IMG/VR virus record: IMGVR_UViG_3300012988_000016
Location: 244,896 to 308,895 of that record
Direction: 5' to 3' (one strand)
Length of the DNA: 64,000 nt
Shown one piece after another: positions 9,487 through 18,706 of this stretch (positions within the stretch are counted from its first letter, which is position 1; every line of letters starts with the position of its first letter). Both the position numbers and the translations under genes were made by a program. The notes below the pieces were generated by a model. That model was not told the DNA's origin. It searched no databases and saw only the letters and a list, made by a program, of their open reading frames with translations.

Positions 9487-9734
9487 GGTTGCGGCTGTTG
9501 CTGAAGCTTGATACAGCCTTTGCAGACCCAGATCTTGGGATCCCCCAGCTGGGCACCCTTGGCCTTCTGGGTTCCCCAGCCACGCTTGCGAGCTTGTTCG
9601 GCCGCATCTCCAGGGTCACTGCCAGTATGAGTGCAAAGAGTGTGACAGAGGTCACACTTGGCCACCTGAGAGGCCAGGTAGTAGCTCTTGCCTGGGACGC
9701 TATATTTTGATGTTGGATGTTCGATAATTGCCAT
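9483..9734 (-). CDS. small zinc-finger protein
   Basis: CDLC...GW...CKGC. Confidence 0.65.
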   Translation of the reverse strand: MAIIEHPTSKYSVPGKSYYLASQVAKCDLCHTLCTHTGSDPGDAAEQARKRGWGTQKAKGAQLGDPKIWVCKGCIKLQQQPQP

Positions 9735-9767
9735 TAGGTTCGTGTTACGACTGTTGTGAGGGTTGAT

Positions 9768-9983
9768 TTAAGGGGCCAGCCGGCCGCCTCTTAGGGGACG
9801 ATTCCTCGTCGGTACTTCGCCAGGAGCGATTCGTTGCCATCCATGTCGGGCACTTTGGCGCTCCCAGACCCCATCCTCTGGGCTGATCTTAAAAGGATTA
9901 GCCATCACTTTGACGACCCGATGGGTTTTCTGACAGGCGTGAAGGCTCTGCACCACTGCATCTATTTCTGGTTCCATCACCAC
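9768..9983 (-). CDS. hypothetical protein
   Basis: Tiles with its neighbours. Confidence 0.5.
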   Translation of the reverse strand: MVMEPEIDAVVQSLHACQKTHRVVKVMANPFKISPEDGVWERQSARHGWQRIAPGEVPTRNRPLRGGRLAP

Positions 9984-10234
9984 GGCTCCGTACGATAAAG
10001 GGTTTCGATCTCCAGTTTGGCAGCGGCTTTTGATTCCCAGCCTGTGCCAGAATAAAGACTAGCATGCTTGGATTCTTTGGGTAAAGTGGCATGCCAACGG
10101 TCAGGACGGTCGACAAATCCTCCTAGAGGCCAGACGACTGCCTTGGTACGACCCCCAACCAGAAACACCCAAGAGTCGCCAGACAACTCCCATTGGTTGA
10201 CTGGAGGAGAGTCAACCTCAACAGGTTGACTCAT
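9977..10234 (-). CDS. hypothetical protein
   Basis: Coupled ORF. Confidence 0.6.
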   Translation of the reverse strand: MSQPVEVDSPPVNQWELSGDSWVFLVGGRTKAVVWPLGGFVDRPDRWHATLPKESKHASLYSGTGWESKAAAKLEIETLYRTEPW

Positions 10235-10569
10235 GTAAGGGGACCTACAAGCTCGAAGAACGTCACGTCCCCCAACCCTAGCTCAAATTCTCGTGCGGGA
10301 TCTCGATGGAACTCATGTACCCACACCGAGAGTTTTTCCTTCAGATCTCCGTGCTTCTCAATCAATTTTTTGGTATCTGCGATCTTCGGATCTAACTGAG
10401 ACATGTTGGAGTCCAACATGTAGGCAGCCATCTGCTCTCTGGCCTTCCGCTCCAATTCAGAGTGTCGTTTAAATAGATACTCTGCTGTCGGGAGAAGTTC
10501 ATCACCTCTGTATTGGAAGGTCCAGACGGTACGAGTTGCATTTACGTTGTCGTTAAAAAGTCCCATCAA
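10231..10569 (-). CDS. hypothetical coiled-coil protein
   Basis: Coupled ORF. Confidence 0.65.
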   Translation of the reverse strand: MMGLFNDNVNATRTVWTFQYRGDELLPTAEYLFKRHSELERKAREQMAAYMLDSNMSQLDPKIADTKKLIEKHGDLKEKLSVWVHEFHRDPAREFELGLGDVTFFELVGPLT

Positions 10570-10949
10570 TCTTCTCCGTGAATGTAACCCCAGATCTCGG
10601 TCGACAAGCTACCGTCTTGACTCTCAAAGCGAAGACGGTCACACACATCAGGAAATTGTTGCTTTAGCCCCAAAAAAGCCTTGCGGAGGAAAGCAGATGA
10701 GAACCCCATCGTATTGTCAAGGTCGATCACCAGCTTACCTGGATCATTCAACTGATCCACCAACAGAGCTCGAAACGATTCAGGCGAGTTATCGCCCCAA
10801 CCTGGGAAGCGTGAGAAATGGTCCGCCACGCTAAAACGTCTGGTCTGAACCCGCTCTTGGCGATATCGCACAGAGTCCCTGATCAGGATGTAGATCAAAG
10901 GGACGATGATCGCCAACACGAGAAACAAAGGATTGGGTGAGCGTCCCAT
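10566..10949 (-). CDS. membrane-anchored STAS-like (DUF4325-type) protein
   Basis: TM helix then FSRFPG...SPESFR...LVIDLDNTMGFSSAFLRKAFLGL. Confidence 0.65.
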   Translation of the reverse strand: MGRSPNPLFLVLAIIVPLIYILIRDSVRYRQERVQTRRFSVADHFSRFPGWGDNSPESFRALLVDQLNDPGKLVIDLDNTMGFSSAFLRKAFLGLKQQFPDVCDRLRFESQDGSLSTEIWGYIHGED

Positions 10950-11188
10950 CAGTTCCAATATTTGGCGTTTGGAGGAGTGGTCGGAGGGGTGGCGGGCGCT
11001 TCTGTATTGTAGATCATCTCCCGCATGTAGGCTTGACTGTTCAGAATCAATTGGGGCCATTTTGCCGCCAATTTTAGCCGTTTCTTAGAGGGGATTCCGA
11101 ATCGCCGTAGTTCACGGTGGACCGCCACAGCCACTCCACCATAAACCAACGCACCTAACAACACGGTCGTTCCAATGATTGAGGACAT
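10949..11188 (-). CDS. small membrane protein
   Basis: N-terminal TM; class B motif 11 nt upstream. Confidence 0.55.
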   Translation of the reverse strand: MSSIIGTTVLLGALVYGGVAVAVHRELRRFGIPSKKRLKLAAKWPQLILNSQAYMREMIYNTEAPATPPTTPPNAKYWN

Positions 11189-11422
11189 CAAGCGTCTTCT
11201 ACACCGATTGGACGGGTGCTGGCGACCCCCAGACAGTCAGGACAGGTCTCCAGCTCAGATCGGAAGCTATAGAGCCCACCATCACAACGATAGACCCCTT
11301 CAGGTAGCGGTACGGGTTCAAACATACCCCCACCCAACATAGTGACTCAGACCAGTACATCGAAAGGTGACGTAGGGTTGTGAGGCATAGTCACACCCAT
11401 GGATCGGGTCTAGCTCGGCCAT
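11188..11422 (-). pseudogene. apparently frameshifted small Cys/His protein
   Basis: 235 nt = 78 codons + 1; deleting one G of the G5 run (11327-11331) joins two reading frames. Confidence 0.45.
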
Positions 11423-11685
11423 CAATTCAGCCCCGATGTCTGTAGGATCTCTACTACAGGACTGGTTAGCGTCCCTGGCAAGGCGCCCGCCTCCTTAGGC
11501 TCTTCATTGGCCCAATGAATCAGCACAGGATGGCCCACCGCCACATCAGATAGGCTGACATATGGCTTCCAAGCCCCATCCTGGCCAGTTCGGGCCGTCG
11601 GTTCGAGAGCCCCGTACAGGCGACGGATCTGTAGCTTGGTGGCATCTACCTCATAGGCTGAACCTGAAAGTGTTTTGAAGATCAT
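11422..11685 (-). CDS. hypothetical protein
   Basis: MIFKTLSGSAYEVD...TSPVVEI; coupled. Confidence 0.65.
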   Translation of the reverse strand: MIFKTLSGSAYEVDATKLQIRRLYGALEPTARTGQDGAWKPYVSLSDVAVGHPVLIHWANEEPKEAGALPGTLTSPVVEILQTSGLN

Positions 11686-12014
11686 GGTCGTATTTTTTGC
11701 CTCTTGAGGTAACGGCGTCTGGACTTTCTCAGGAAAGGAGCAATTTCCGAACTATGGACGGTAAACACCAAATCTGCGTTCCGACAGGCTCTTGCCCTAG
11801 TCTGCCCAACTCTTGCGATATGCCAAAACTCTCCCAGCCTAGAAGAGGGTTCGCAGTCAGTAATGGTTAGCCCGCATCGCCTGCAGACGCCTTTTCGATT
11901 TCCCTGCTGGTCTATGCGTGGGAAGTCACGGTTATCGAGATTGGTTTCCTTTTTTGCATGCTCACGCCCCTTTTGGGGGGTGTCTCGTTTTGGAGCAGTC
12001 GCCCTGCTACTCAT
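11682..12014 (-). CDS. basic Cys-containing hypothetical protein
   Basis: Class B motif 10 nt upstream. Confidence 0.65.
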   Translation of the reverse strand: MSSRATAPKRDTPQKGREHAKKETNLDNRDFPRIDQQGNRKGVCRRCGLTITDCEPSSRLGEFWHIARVGQTRARACRNADLVFTVHSSEIAPFLRKSRRRYLKRQKIRP

Positions 12015-12033
12015 GTGACACCTTTACACCAGC

Positions 12034-12061
12034 TTAAGAAGCTGTCCCGATGGCCGTTATA
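12034..12061 (+). promoter_or_regulatory. class A promoter-like motif, back-to-back with a class B motif
   Basis: TTAAGAA-N12-GCCGTTATA-N6-ATG(12068). Confidence 0.65.
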
Positions 12062-12067
12062 CCCAGC

Positions 12068-12346
12068 ATGAACAAGGGTGACCGAATCCGAGCTAGCTGG
12101 TTTGAGGCCAAGACTTCTGGGTTCTCCCTAGCGGGAGCACAGACCAAGTTTCCAGCAGTTCGTCACGAACTAACGGGAATCGTCCGACACATCCGTGGGG
12201 ACCACCCCATCAGCCCGACCAGCATCAGAGTCTACGTTGATCCTGATGGCGATTGGAAAGGCTCGACCATCAATCTCATTGGGTGTAAATGTGGACACCC
12301 TCATGTGGAGCTCAAGCCGGAATGGATCCTAGGAATCGTGGCCTGA
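12068..12346 (+). CDS. hypothetical protein
   Basis: Start reassigned by the class A motif. Confidence 0.65.
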   Translation: MNKGDRIRASWFEAKTSGFSLAGAQTKFPAVRHELTGIVRHIRGDHPISPTSIRVYVDPDGDWKGSTINLIGCKCGHPHVELKPEWILGIVA

Positions 12347-12651
12347 CAGTAGTGGCAGAGATTCAAGCCCTGATGGATGGAGAAGCTGTCTCTAGGGCGG
12401 TGGACCACACCTACCGTACTCTGGACACCCATCTGCTGGCAGGGGAATTCGATCAAGCAGAGTACATCCTGAGGGCCATGCAGACAAGCGGGCTGCCATT
12501 GGCGGTTCGCTTGTCTGCCCTGACGATCACCACCCCATGGAGGCAGCGATTTCGGCTAGCCCATGAGGCGTTGCGAGCCAGCATCAAGGCTCAGGCTTTT
12601 GCTATAGGAGGTCAGCAGAAGGTGGACGCCGTGTTCCGAGGGATCCGATAG
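12289..12651 (+). CDS. hypothetical protein, paralog of 187-591 (true start probably near 12343-12373)
   Basis: Sequence similarity as noted for 187-591. Confidence 0.6.
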   Translation: MWTPSCGAQAGMDPRNRGLTVVAEIQALMDGEAVSRAVDHTYRTLDTHLLAGEFDQAEYILRAMQTSGLPLAVRLSALTITTPWRQRFRLAHEALRASIKAQAFAIGGQQKVDAVFRGIR

Positions 12652-12652
12652 T

Positions 12653-12883
12653 TCAGTGAACCCCACGGTAGCAGGCCCCTCGATCATCATAGGATCCGCC
12701 GGCATTGACGCAATCGGCCTTCATCTGGACCATTTGTTGCTGTAGTTTTACAGCATTCTGCTCATTTAGCTTCTTGACTTCGTTGTCAGATACGGTGCAG
12801 CCACGAGCTTGAACAGATGCGTAGCAGAGGAAGATACAGAGGAGGGTACAGAGAAAGGCGGTCAGACGGTGTTCACTTGACAT
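12653..12883 (-). CDS. small exported/membrane protein
   Basis: Hydrophobic N-terminus; class B motif 10 nt upstream of ATG 12883. Confidence 0.6.
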   Translation of the reverse strand: MSSEHRLTAFLCTLLCIFLCYASVQARGCTVSDNEVKKLNEQNAVKLQQQMVQMKADCVNAGGSYDDRGACYRGVH

Positions 12884-12903
12884 TAGGCAAACATACACCG
12901 GAA

Positions 12904-13368
12904 CTAAATGAAAGAGTCCAACAACCGCTCGGAGAAGCTGGGGCGATTGGTGACCTCCAACAGCTTCTCTGACACCACCATCTTGAACGCCCACCCTTCG
13001 GGCGTAGGAAAACTAACGTACCAGTCCTCTGGATTGATGTGGGGGACCTCCAAGGTGGCTTCCAAACGGGTTCCAGCGGCGTATTGAGGGATCGTTATGG
13101 GCAATGTGAAGAACACCTTCTGGCCCATCATGAACGGACTGGAATCCACCCAATCTTTGGTACCATCGTCCAACAGGGTCAAACTGTCGTTCGTGTAAGG
13201 CCATTCTGCATGACAAGGGTTTCGGCTAGCATCAGTAGCAATGACAGGGAGACCATTCTGAGTGTAGCTCAGCACACGAGACTTCCAATGTTGCTCAGGT
13301 CTGCTGCAATCATGCCAATTACCTGAACTTTGGTGAACCAATACCCGCTGTCCGATCGAGAATGACAT
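12904..13368 (-). CDS. tandem SH3-like hypothetical protein
   Basis: FSIGQRV and FMMGQKV repeats; GGAG RBS; ends RPSFSERLLDSFI. Confidence 0.6.
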   Translation of the reverse strand: MSFSIGQRVLVHQSSGNWHDCSRPEQHWKSRVLSYTQNGLPVIATDASRNPCHAEWPYTNDSLTLLDDGTKDWVDSSPFMMGQKVFFTLPITIPQYAAGTRLEATLEVPHINPEDWYVSFPTPEGWAFKMVVSEKLLEVTNRPSFSERLLDSFI

Positions 13369-13376
13369 CAGCTCTC

Positions 13377-13787
13377 CTAGAACTGTGAAGGTTGCAGCAC
13401 TATTTCGACACCCTTGCTAGATCGGGTCGGCATCTGTTTGGCGGCCGCCAACAACCCTGCCGTCGGTTGGCCCAGCACTTTGACCAGCAAGTAGTAGTGG
13501 CCAGCCGGATTCTTGTCGATCAAGATCGGCCCATACTCCTTGTCCCACATCTTTTCCACCTCTTTCTTGGCCTCGTAGGCTTGCTGCCATGAGGTGGGGC
13601 TTCCCTTGAGCATGAACTTCTCATATCGTTCAATGTCAAAGAAGAACTTGGGCCACTTGAGGATGTGGAGAAACGACACCCCACCCCTTTGAAAGAGCAG
13701 CACCAACACTCCTAACAGGTATAGGAAGATCGCCATGTAGAGAGCGTGGTGCCACAGACTAGTTAGGAGAGCCGAGTGTGTTTTCAT
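13377..13787 (-). CDS. membrane protein
   Basis: N-terminal TM; coupled to the AAA gene. Confidence 0.6.
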   Translation of the reverse strand: MKTHSALLTSLWHHALYMAIFLYLLGVLVLLFQRGGVSFLHILKWPKFFFDIERYEKFMLKGSPTSWQQAYEAKKEVEKMWDKEYGPILIDKNPAGHYYLLVKVLGQPTAGLLAAAKQMPTRSSKGVEIVLQPSQF

Positions 13788-14833
13788 TCAGCCGCCTGCA
13801 CTTCCTCCAACTTACCCACATCATCATACACTTGGGCAATGGTGGTGGCTTGCTTGTAGGAGCCTTCTTTGCCACCAGAGATTCGGTGGTACGCCGCATT
13901 AGCCTGTGCGGGGTCCAACGCACCTACCTCGATGTGCGCAATCAAACGACCCTTGCGGAGGATGGCAGGGTCAATCTCCACCGTGCGGACGTTGGTTGTT
14001 ACCAGCAGCCGGACGTCCAGAGCGTCCCCCATCAGGCCGTCGCCGAAATTGAGGATGGCTTGGATGGCCGAGAGATTGTTGGCCGAACGAGGTGCGATGG
14101 CCGAGTCCGCGTCTTCCAGAAGCAACACTACTTTTCGCCGTGCATACCCACTTTCGGGACGAGTAGCCAACATCTGCATGAATCTGTGCAAATTCTGGCT
14201 CACCTGAAGACATTGCTCAATGTTGATGAGCACAAAATCGACATCCTCAACATACTCGTTGAGGATGGCTCGCAACAGATAGGTTTTCCCAGTGCCTGGG
14301 TAACCAGACAATACCCCGATCCTCCCCCTAGGCCGATCAGCTACCAACTGCTTGGTCAGATGTTTGAACTTTTGCAGAACCTGGGGAGAATAGTTGCCGG
14401 TCTGCAGGGGTTCTGCAGGGGCTGACAGGTTGGTCAGCTTATATCCGGTATTGCTGCTCACCAATAGCTTCAAGTTGTTGGTTGGAATAGAGGCTTGACC
14501 GTATTTCTTTTTCAGCGTGTCATACAGAGCTGCCACATCCGCCTTGTCTCGGCCCCCGACATAGATAGCGCTGTAGGCATTTGGGTTAGAAACGACCAGT
14601 TGCTTGACATCGTTCAAGTAAACCCGATGCTCTTGGAAATCCATGATGAGGCGAAAGCCGTCATCTGCCAAGGCTTCCCACACATCAGCCTGAGGCTTGG
14701 TCTCAAAAGTCTTGACCACCAAGGGCTTGGCGCCAGGTTCAAGACTGTCCAGCAACCACAACCCATAGAGAAGGTCATCCGCATCAAAAGATGGGTTGGG
14801 GGAGTTGAGAATAAAGTTCGAAAAGGTCCGCAT
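13784..14833 (-). CDS. AAA+ ATPase
   Basis: Walker A GYPGTGKT, Walker B LLLEDAD, sensor-1 TTN, DPAILRKGR arginine finger. Confidence 0.9.
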   Translation of the reverse strand: MRTFSNFILNSPNPSFDADDLLYGLWLLDSLEPGAKPLVVKTFETKPQADVWEALADDGFRLIMDFQEHRVYLNDVKQLVVSNPNAYSAIYVGGRDKADVAALYDTLKKKYGQASIPTNNLKLLVSSNTGYKLTNLSAPAEPLQTGNYSPQVLQKFKHLTKQLVADRPRGRIGVLSGYPGTGKTYLLRAILNEYVEDVDFVLINIEQCLQVSQNLHRFMQMLATRPESGYARRKVVLLLEDADSAIAPRSANNLSAIQAILNFGDGLMGDALDVRLLVTTNVRTVEIDPAILRKGRLIAHIEVGALDPAQANAAYHRISGGKEGSYKQATTIAQVYDDVGKLEEVQAAE

Positions 14834-14880
14834 GATAGACCTCTACACCGATGGAATGTTTGGTGTAGAGGTCTATCATG
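14831..14880. promoter_or_regulatory. perfect 19-bp inverted repeat holding two divergent class B motifs and both start codons
   Basis: CATGATAGACCTCTACACC-N12-GGTGTAGAGGTCTATCATG. Confidence 0.85.
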
Positions 14881-15219
14881 ACGATAGATTTGTCAAAATT
14901 GACCTCCGACCTTCGAACTTTACAGGTTGAGGCCGCGAGCAAAGTTCATCTGATGAAGGATGGTGGCTCGGCCAATCGAGATGCCGTCTGCCTGAACTTC
15001 AAGCGAAAGCCGCTGCCCAAGACCTACCAGAAGATCCTCACTGCCATCGATGAGGCAGGTATGTCGGGCCATTGGTGTCGTAGTTGGGGCTACCGAGGGT
15101 TCCTCATATCTCCCTGTGTACCCTTCCAAGGTGGGCCCAACACGATCGCGGCCGAGCACATCCACAACGGGCTGAAGAATCTAGGGTGGGACGTTAGTAT
15201 GTACTACCAGTTGGACTGA
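14878..15219 (+). CDS. hypothetical protein
   Basis: Class B motif 10 nt upstream. Confidence 0.7.
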   Translation: MTIDLSKLTSDLRTLQVEAASKVHLMKDGGSANRDAVCLNFKRKPLPKTYQKILTAIDEAGMSGHWCRSWGYRGFLISPCVPFQGGPNTIAAEHIHNGLKNLGWDVSMYYQLD

Positions 15220-15557
15220 ACCAGCTCAGTTTCGATCCAAACAATCCCCTCGTTGATCTTGCCCAAGATCTCTTGATGAGTCCTACCTAGCTGCTCATTG
15301 AAACGGATGGCTGCTCCGCAATGACAACCAGGGAACATCGCTTCCAAGATGTTGTCCCAACGCTGGGACGAGTCCTGTCCATTAGAGACCTTGTACATCG
15401 CTCCAGACAGGCAAAAACAACAGGCAGAGCTGTCTTCCTCGGACACCTGATGTCCGGCAATGTCTCTAGCGTAGGCTCCTTGAGTCCATCGCTCTGGCTT
15501 TGAGAGCAGCTCCTTCAAAGCCTTGAGGTCGGCCAGCGTTTGAGCGGCGTTGATCAC
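15204..15557 (-). CDS. DUF6197-like protein
   Basis: DLKALKELL...WTQGAYARD...CFCLSGA; GTG start coupled to the upstream stop. Confidence 0.65.
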   Translation of the reverse strand: MINAAQTLADLKALKELLSKPERWTQGAYARDIAGHQVSEEDSSACCFCLSGAMYKVSNGQDSSQRWDNILEAMFPGCHCGAAIRFNEQLGRTHQEILGKINEGIVWIETELVQSNW

Positions 15558-15835
15558 AGGAACAGATGCCAGAGGAAGCCAGAGGCCAAGCAATAGGCGA
15601 GTCCGTACGCAAATGCCGCGTAGAGACTGAACGCATCCTTGTTCCTACATATAATCGCCACCACCACACCCACCAATTCTAGGCTAATCGTCATATCGAT
15701 GCCAATCGCCTGCCGGTAGGTAATGGGGTGCCCAAAGACAGGGACGACGTACCAGCCCCAATACAGATAGAAGACCCATGAACCCAACAGGGTGAACAAT
15801 ATACCGAACAGAATTGTAAACAGAAATTCTCGCAT
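15554..15835 (-). CDS. membrane protein
   Basis: About three TM segments; class A-like motif at 35 nt. Confidence 0.65.
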   Translation of the reverse strand: MREFLFTILFGILFTLLGSWVFYLYWGWYVVPVFGHPITYRQAIGIDMTISLELVGVVVAIICRNKDAFSLYAAFAYGLAYCLASGFLWHLFL

Positions 15836-15866
15836 GTTCTGATAGACGTCCAGGGAGAGCGATAGG

Positions 15867-16064
15867 TTAAGCCCCCAGGTCTTCTGGTTTCAACAGTCGG
15901 ATCACCTCGATCTCACTCTCGCTAGGCCAGATGGTCTGCAACCCGTCCGTGAACGTGATGACGGTCGCCTTACCTGAAATGTAGGCATCCTTGATGCAAC
16001 AGATCTGTCCCCAAATATTGAGATACCGGTCTCTGCGTCGCACCAGTTTGGCTTTGACCAACAT
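15867..16064 (-). CDS. small beta-barrel protein, similar to 57758-58024
   Basis: ITFTDG...W...IEVIRL vs FTFEDG...W...IEVVRL. Confidence 0.6.
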   Translation of the reverse strand: MLVKAKLVRRRDRYLNIWGQICCIKDAYISGKATVITFTDGLQTIWPSESEIEVIRLLKPEDLGA

Positions 16065-16070
16065 GAAGCC

Positions 16071-16592
16071 TCAGGGGCAGAGGTGCTTCAGACCTTCAAG
16101 GGCAGCTTCCGATGTAGGATAGCTGGCCATCGACACATCAGGGCGCCAATCGATATTGCCTTTGACGTAGTAGGTGTCGTGAGAAAATCCATTTCCCCCT
16201 TGAACCTCTACGTAACAGGATGTGACCTTCCCGTCTGCCGAGATAGCCCGCCAACAAACCCAGAACAGTCCGCCCGTTGCAGTGAACAGGACGAAGAAAA
16301 GCAAAACGGTAAATAGGCGTTCCATATCTAGAATCCAATCGAGGAAAGAAGAGGTGGTGCGGGACAGATCCACATACCAACTGACTTGATTACGACGAGT
16401 CAGAACCGGAGGTCTTCTAGTTAACCCCATGTCGATCAGTCTTGGTGACCCTAAAGGGATTGGGGGTGGTGGAGGCAACAGTTTTGCCTCCGGTTCCAAA
16501 GGAACCTCTACCACAGTTGGTGCGGGTTCTTCCGACCCATTGGGTTGCAGAGCCTCCCAAGCAGCCTGCAATTCGTCCTTGTCGCTCTTCAT
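16071..16592 (-). CDS. membrane protein with Pro-rich N-terminus
   Basis: Single TM segment. Confidence 0.6.
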   Translation of the reverse strand: MKSDKDELQAAWEALQPNGSEEPAPTVVEVPLEPEAKLLPPPPPIPLGSPRLIDMGLTRRPPVLTRRNQVSWYVDLSRTTSSFLDWILDMERLFTVLLFFVLFTATGGLFWVCWRAISADGKVTSCYVEVQGGNGFSHDTYYVKGNIDWRPDVSMASYPTSEAALEGLKHLCP

Positions 16593-16596
16593 AGGT

Positions 16597-16845
16597 CTAG
16601 AACCGTATCGTACACCCTTTGGTCATAAGGCCGCAACAGACGGCCCCTTCCACTATCATACCCCGAGGGTTCTTGGCTTGGAATCCAGTGTGGTAGTGAT
16701 CGTTGTCGCTACAATACCAGAAGGCATAACCAGTGGTTTTTATTTCACTGTAACCAGCATCCGTCAAAGTTCTGACGGTGGCGTCCTCGTTCGTACAGGA
16801 AAGAAGTGGCAGAACGCAGATCAAGGTGAGCAGTAGTTTCTTCAT
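16597..16845 (-). CDS. small phage lipoprotein
   Basis: MKKLLLTLICVLPLLSC lipobox; GY...C...TGF...GAVCCG...KGCTIRF. Confidence 0.75.
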   Translation of the reverse strand: MKKLLLTLICVLPLLSCTNEDATVRTLTDAGYSEIKTTGYAFWYCSDNDHYHTGFQAKNPRGMIVEGAVCCGLMTKGCTIRF

Positions 16846-17096
16846 AATTGTCTCCAAGTGGCTTGAGGTACGAGCTGTTCGTGTGTGAGCCCTTCGTCTT
16901 TCAGGGCTTGATTGTAGAACATTTGAAGTACCAAGACCATGGTGTCGGAGGCCAACGCTCCATGGATGCAGCGATCCAACAATTCCAGCAGCTGGATGGC
17001 GGAAGGTTTGCCTTCCCAAGTGCATATGAGAGGCATGACGCACCGATCAAGCCAGCTGTCAGGAGCTTCAAGCAGCAGTTTGGTTATTTCGTGCAT
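16842..17096 (-). CDS. hypothetical protein
   Basis: Class B motif 9 nt upstream. Confidence 0.65.
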   Translation of the reverse strand: MHEITKLLLEAPDSWLDRCVMPLICTWEGKPSAIQLLELLDRCIHGALASDTMVLVLQMFYNQALKDEGLTHEQLVPQATWRQL

Positions 17097-17102
17097 TGAT
17101 GT

Positions 17103-17489
17103 TCATACACCGTCAATGCTCAATTTTTTCAACCCTAGGGTGTTGATGTAACCGCCAGTAACCCAGCACTCTCGGTCGTCCCCACCACGATGCAAGACAA
17201 CCATCAACTTTTGACCCTTAGTCAACAGGACCGGCGCCCCTCGATCATCGAACTCGACTCTACATACAAAATATCCGTCCCACAGGCTAGGGCAAGCCAC
17301 CTCCATCCCTTTCAAAAGATCCTGCGTGGCTGGAATCGTATGTTCGACGTCTGGCACACCTTCAACCATCAGGTGGATAGGAGATCCCATATACTCCTTT
17401 ACACACCAACCAATGGTCGGAGCGGCTGTGGGATCTGCACTCAAAACAATAATCGGGGTGCTGACAGGCAGTTTTTCACTGGAGGTCAT
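17103..17489 (-). CDS. hypothetical protein
   Basis: 128-aa ORF. Confidence 0.55.
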   Translation of the reverse strand: MTSSEKLPVSTPIIVLSADPTAAPTIGWCVKEYMGSPIHLMVEGVPDVEHTIPATQDLLKGMEVACPSLWDGYFVCRVEFDDRGAPVLLTKGQKLMVVLHRGGDDRECWVTGGYINTLGLKKLSIDGV

Positions 17490-17610
17490 CTGCCATCTCG
17501 ATGTCGACGTTCGTTTTCATGCAGCTTGGCCGCCTCTTGACAGGTATCGTGGCACCCGCCCACCAATCGTTTGAACAATCCTAAGATACGGTTTAACACC
17601 TTCTTGAACA

Positions 17611-17994
17611 TCAGGTTTCTTTCTGATATTGGGCTCTACGAACTCGCCTCAGACGTTCTCGCAAGTGTTTAGCTCGATTGTCCAGCACTTCTCGCAGTTC
17701 AACCACTCTATCAAGAGGGAATCCTTCCAGAGCAGGGGTAACCTCAATGGCTTTTTCCAATAAGGTTTGGTCGGACAGGAGCTTCAGCTCTTGGAGTTTA
17801 GTCAAGTCCGCTTCCAACCGCTCGGTCAACTGATGACGGTGCACTTCATGAAGCAGCCAACCCTTCTCGGCCTTTTGGTTCAGATAGGAGTAATGCTTCA
17901 TGGCTTGGGGTTTTCGGAATAGAGGAGTGGAGCTCGCCATGGGGTCTGCGAAGTTCATCGTCTTGGCATGTCGGCGTATTTCGGGATCTGGCAT
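17611..17994 (-). CDS. hypothetical coiled-coil protein
   Basis: Coupled ORF. Confidence 0.6.
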   Translation of the reverse strand: MPDPEIRRHAKTMNFADPMASSTPLFRKPQAMKHYSYLNQKAEKGWLLHEVHRHQLTERLEADLTKLQELKLLSDQTLLEKAIEVTPALEGFPLDRVVELREVLDNRAKHLRERLRRVRRAQYQKET

Positions 17995-18338
17995 CAGAGC
18001 TCATCCAAACGTTGCCAAATGGACTTGCGGTTGGGATATACCGCTACAGGATCGAAGTCCAAGTCTTCCGTCAAGCTAGTGAAGAGGTAGAAACGTTGTA
18101 GTTCTTCCACATTTTGCGTTAACAACCAGTCGGGAAGGGGATCGGGCAGCACCAATCCAAAACGTGCCCCAGCAGGACTGACGACGGCTCGTCCTCTGAC
18201 CTGCCTCAAAACGGCTTTTCCCCAGTTGGGGGTGTTGGGGATCCCATCTACCAAAGGCTCCAAACTAGAAGCGTAGGCTCGAATCTCTCCGATGAGCCAC
18301 GCCTTCTGTTGCTCGGTCAGGAGGTCCAGCCCAGTCAT
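17994..18338 (-). CDS. hypothetical protein with C-terminal RKSIWQRL motif
   Basis: Coupled ORF. Confidence 0.6.
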   Translation of the reverse strand: MTGLDLLTEQQKAWLIGEIRAYASSLEPLVDGIPNTPNWGKAVLRQVRGRAVVSPAGARFGLVLPDPLPDWLLTQNVEELQRFYLFTSLTEDLDFDPVAVYPNRKSIWQRLDEL

Positions 18339-18706
18339 GTGAGTTGGAAATGTGAGATCTTATCACCTTCGTAGACGGCCGAGACGTAACCCCATTGATT
18401 GCGTGGTTGCACTCCTATCAAGCCGTTGAGGATCCCCAACAAACCTACGGCCGGAGAGCTATCTCTCAAGGCTCCGATCTGTGTGGTGGGATGATTGACC
18501 AATTCAGGATTGGCGAACACCCGCTGTTCGCAGAGATTGGTGATCGCCTCGGGGTCAAGAGCCAACACCTCATTCAGATAGGTGATGACCTCGGTCGCCA
18601 GTTTGACTTTCTCTTCTTCGGTCCGATCCAGATGAGGCTGCATAGCCTTCAATACACCGAAGTATTGAGCAATTGACGGACCTTTGGCGGCACCAAAGCG
18701 TTCCAC
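18335..18706 (-). CDS. conserved phage hypothetical protein
   Basis: LNEVLALDPEAI...HPT...VGLLGILNGL. Confidence 0.65.
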   Translation of the reverse strand: MERFGAAKGPSIAQYFGVLKAMQPHLDRTEEEKVKLATEVITYLNEVLALDPEAITNLCEQRVFANPELVNHPTTQIGALRDSSPAVGLLGILNGLIGVQPRNQWGYVSAVYEGDKISHFQLT

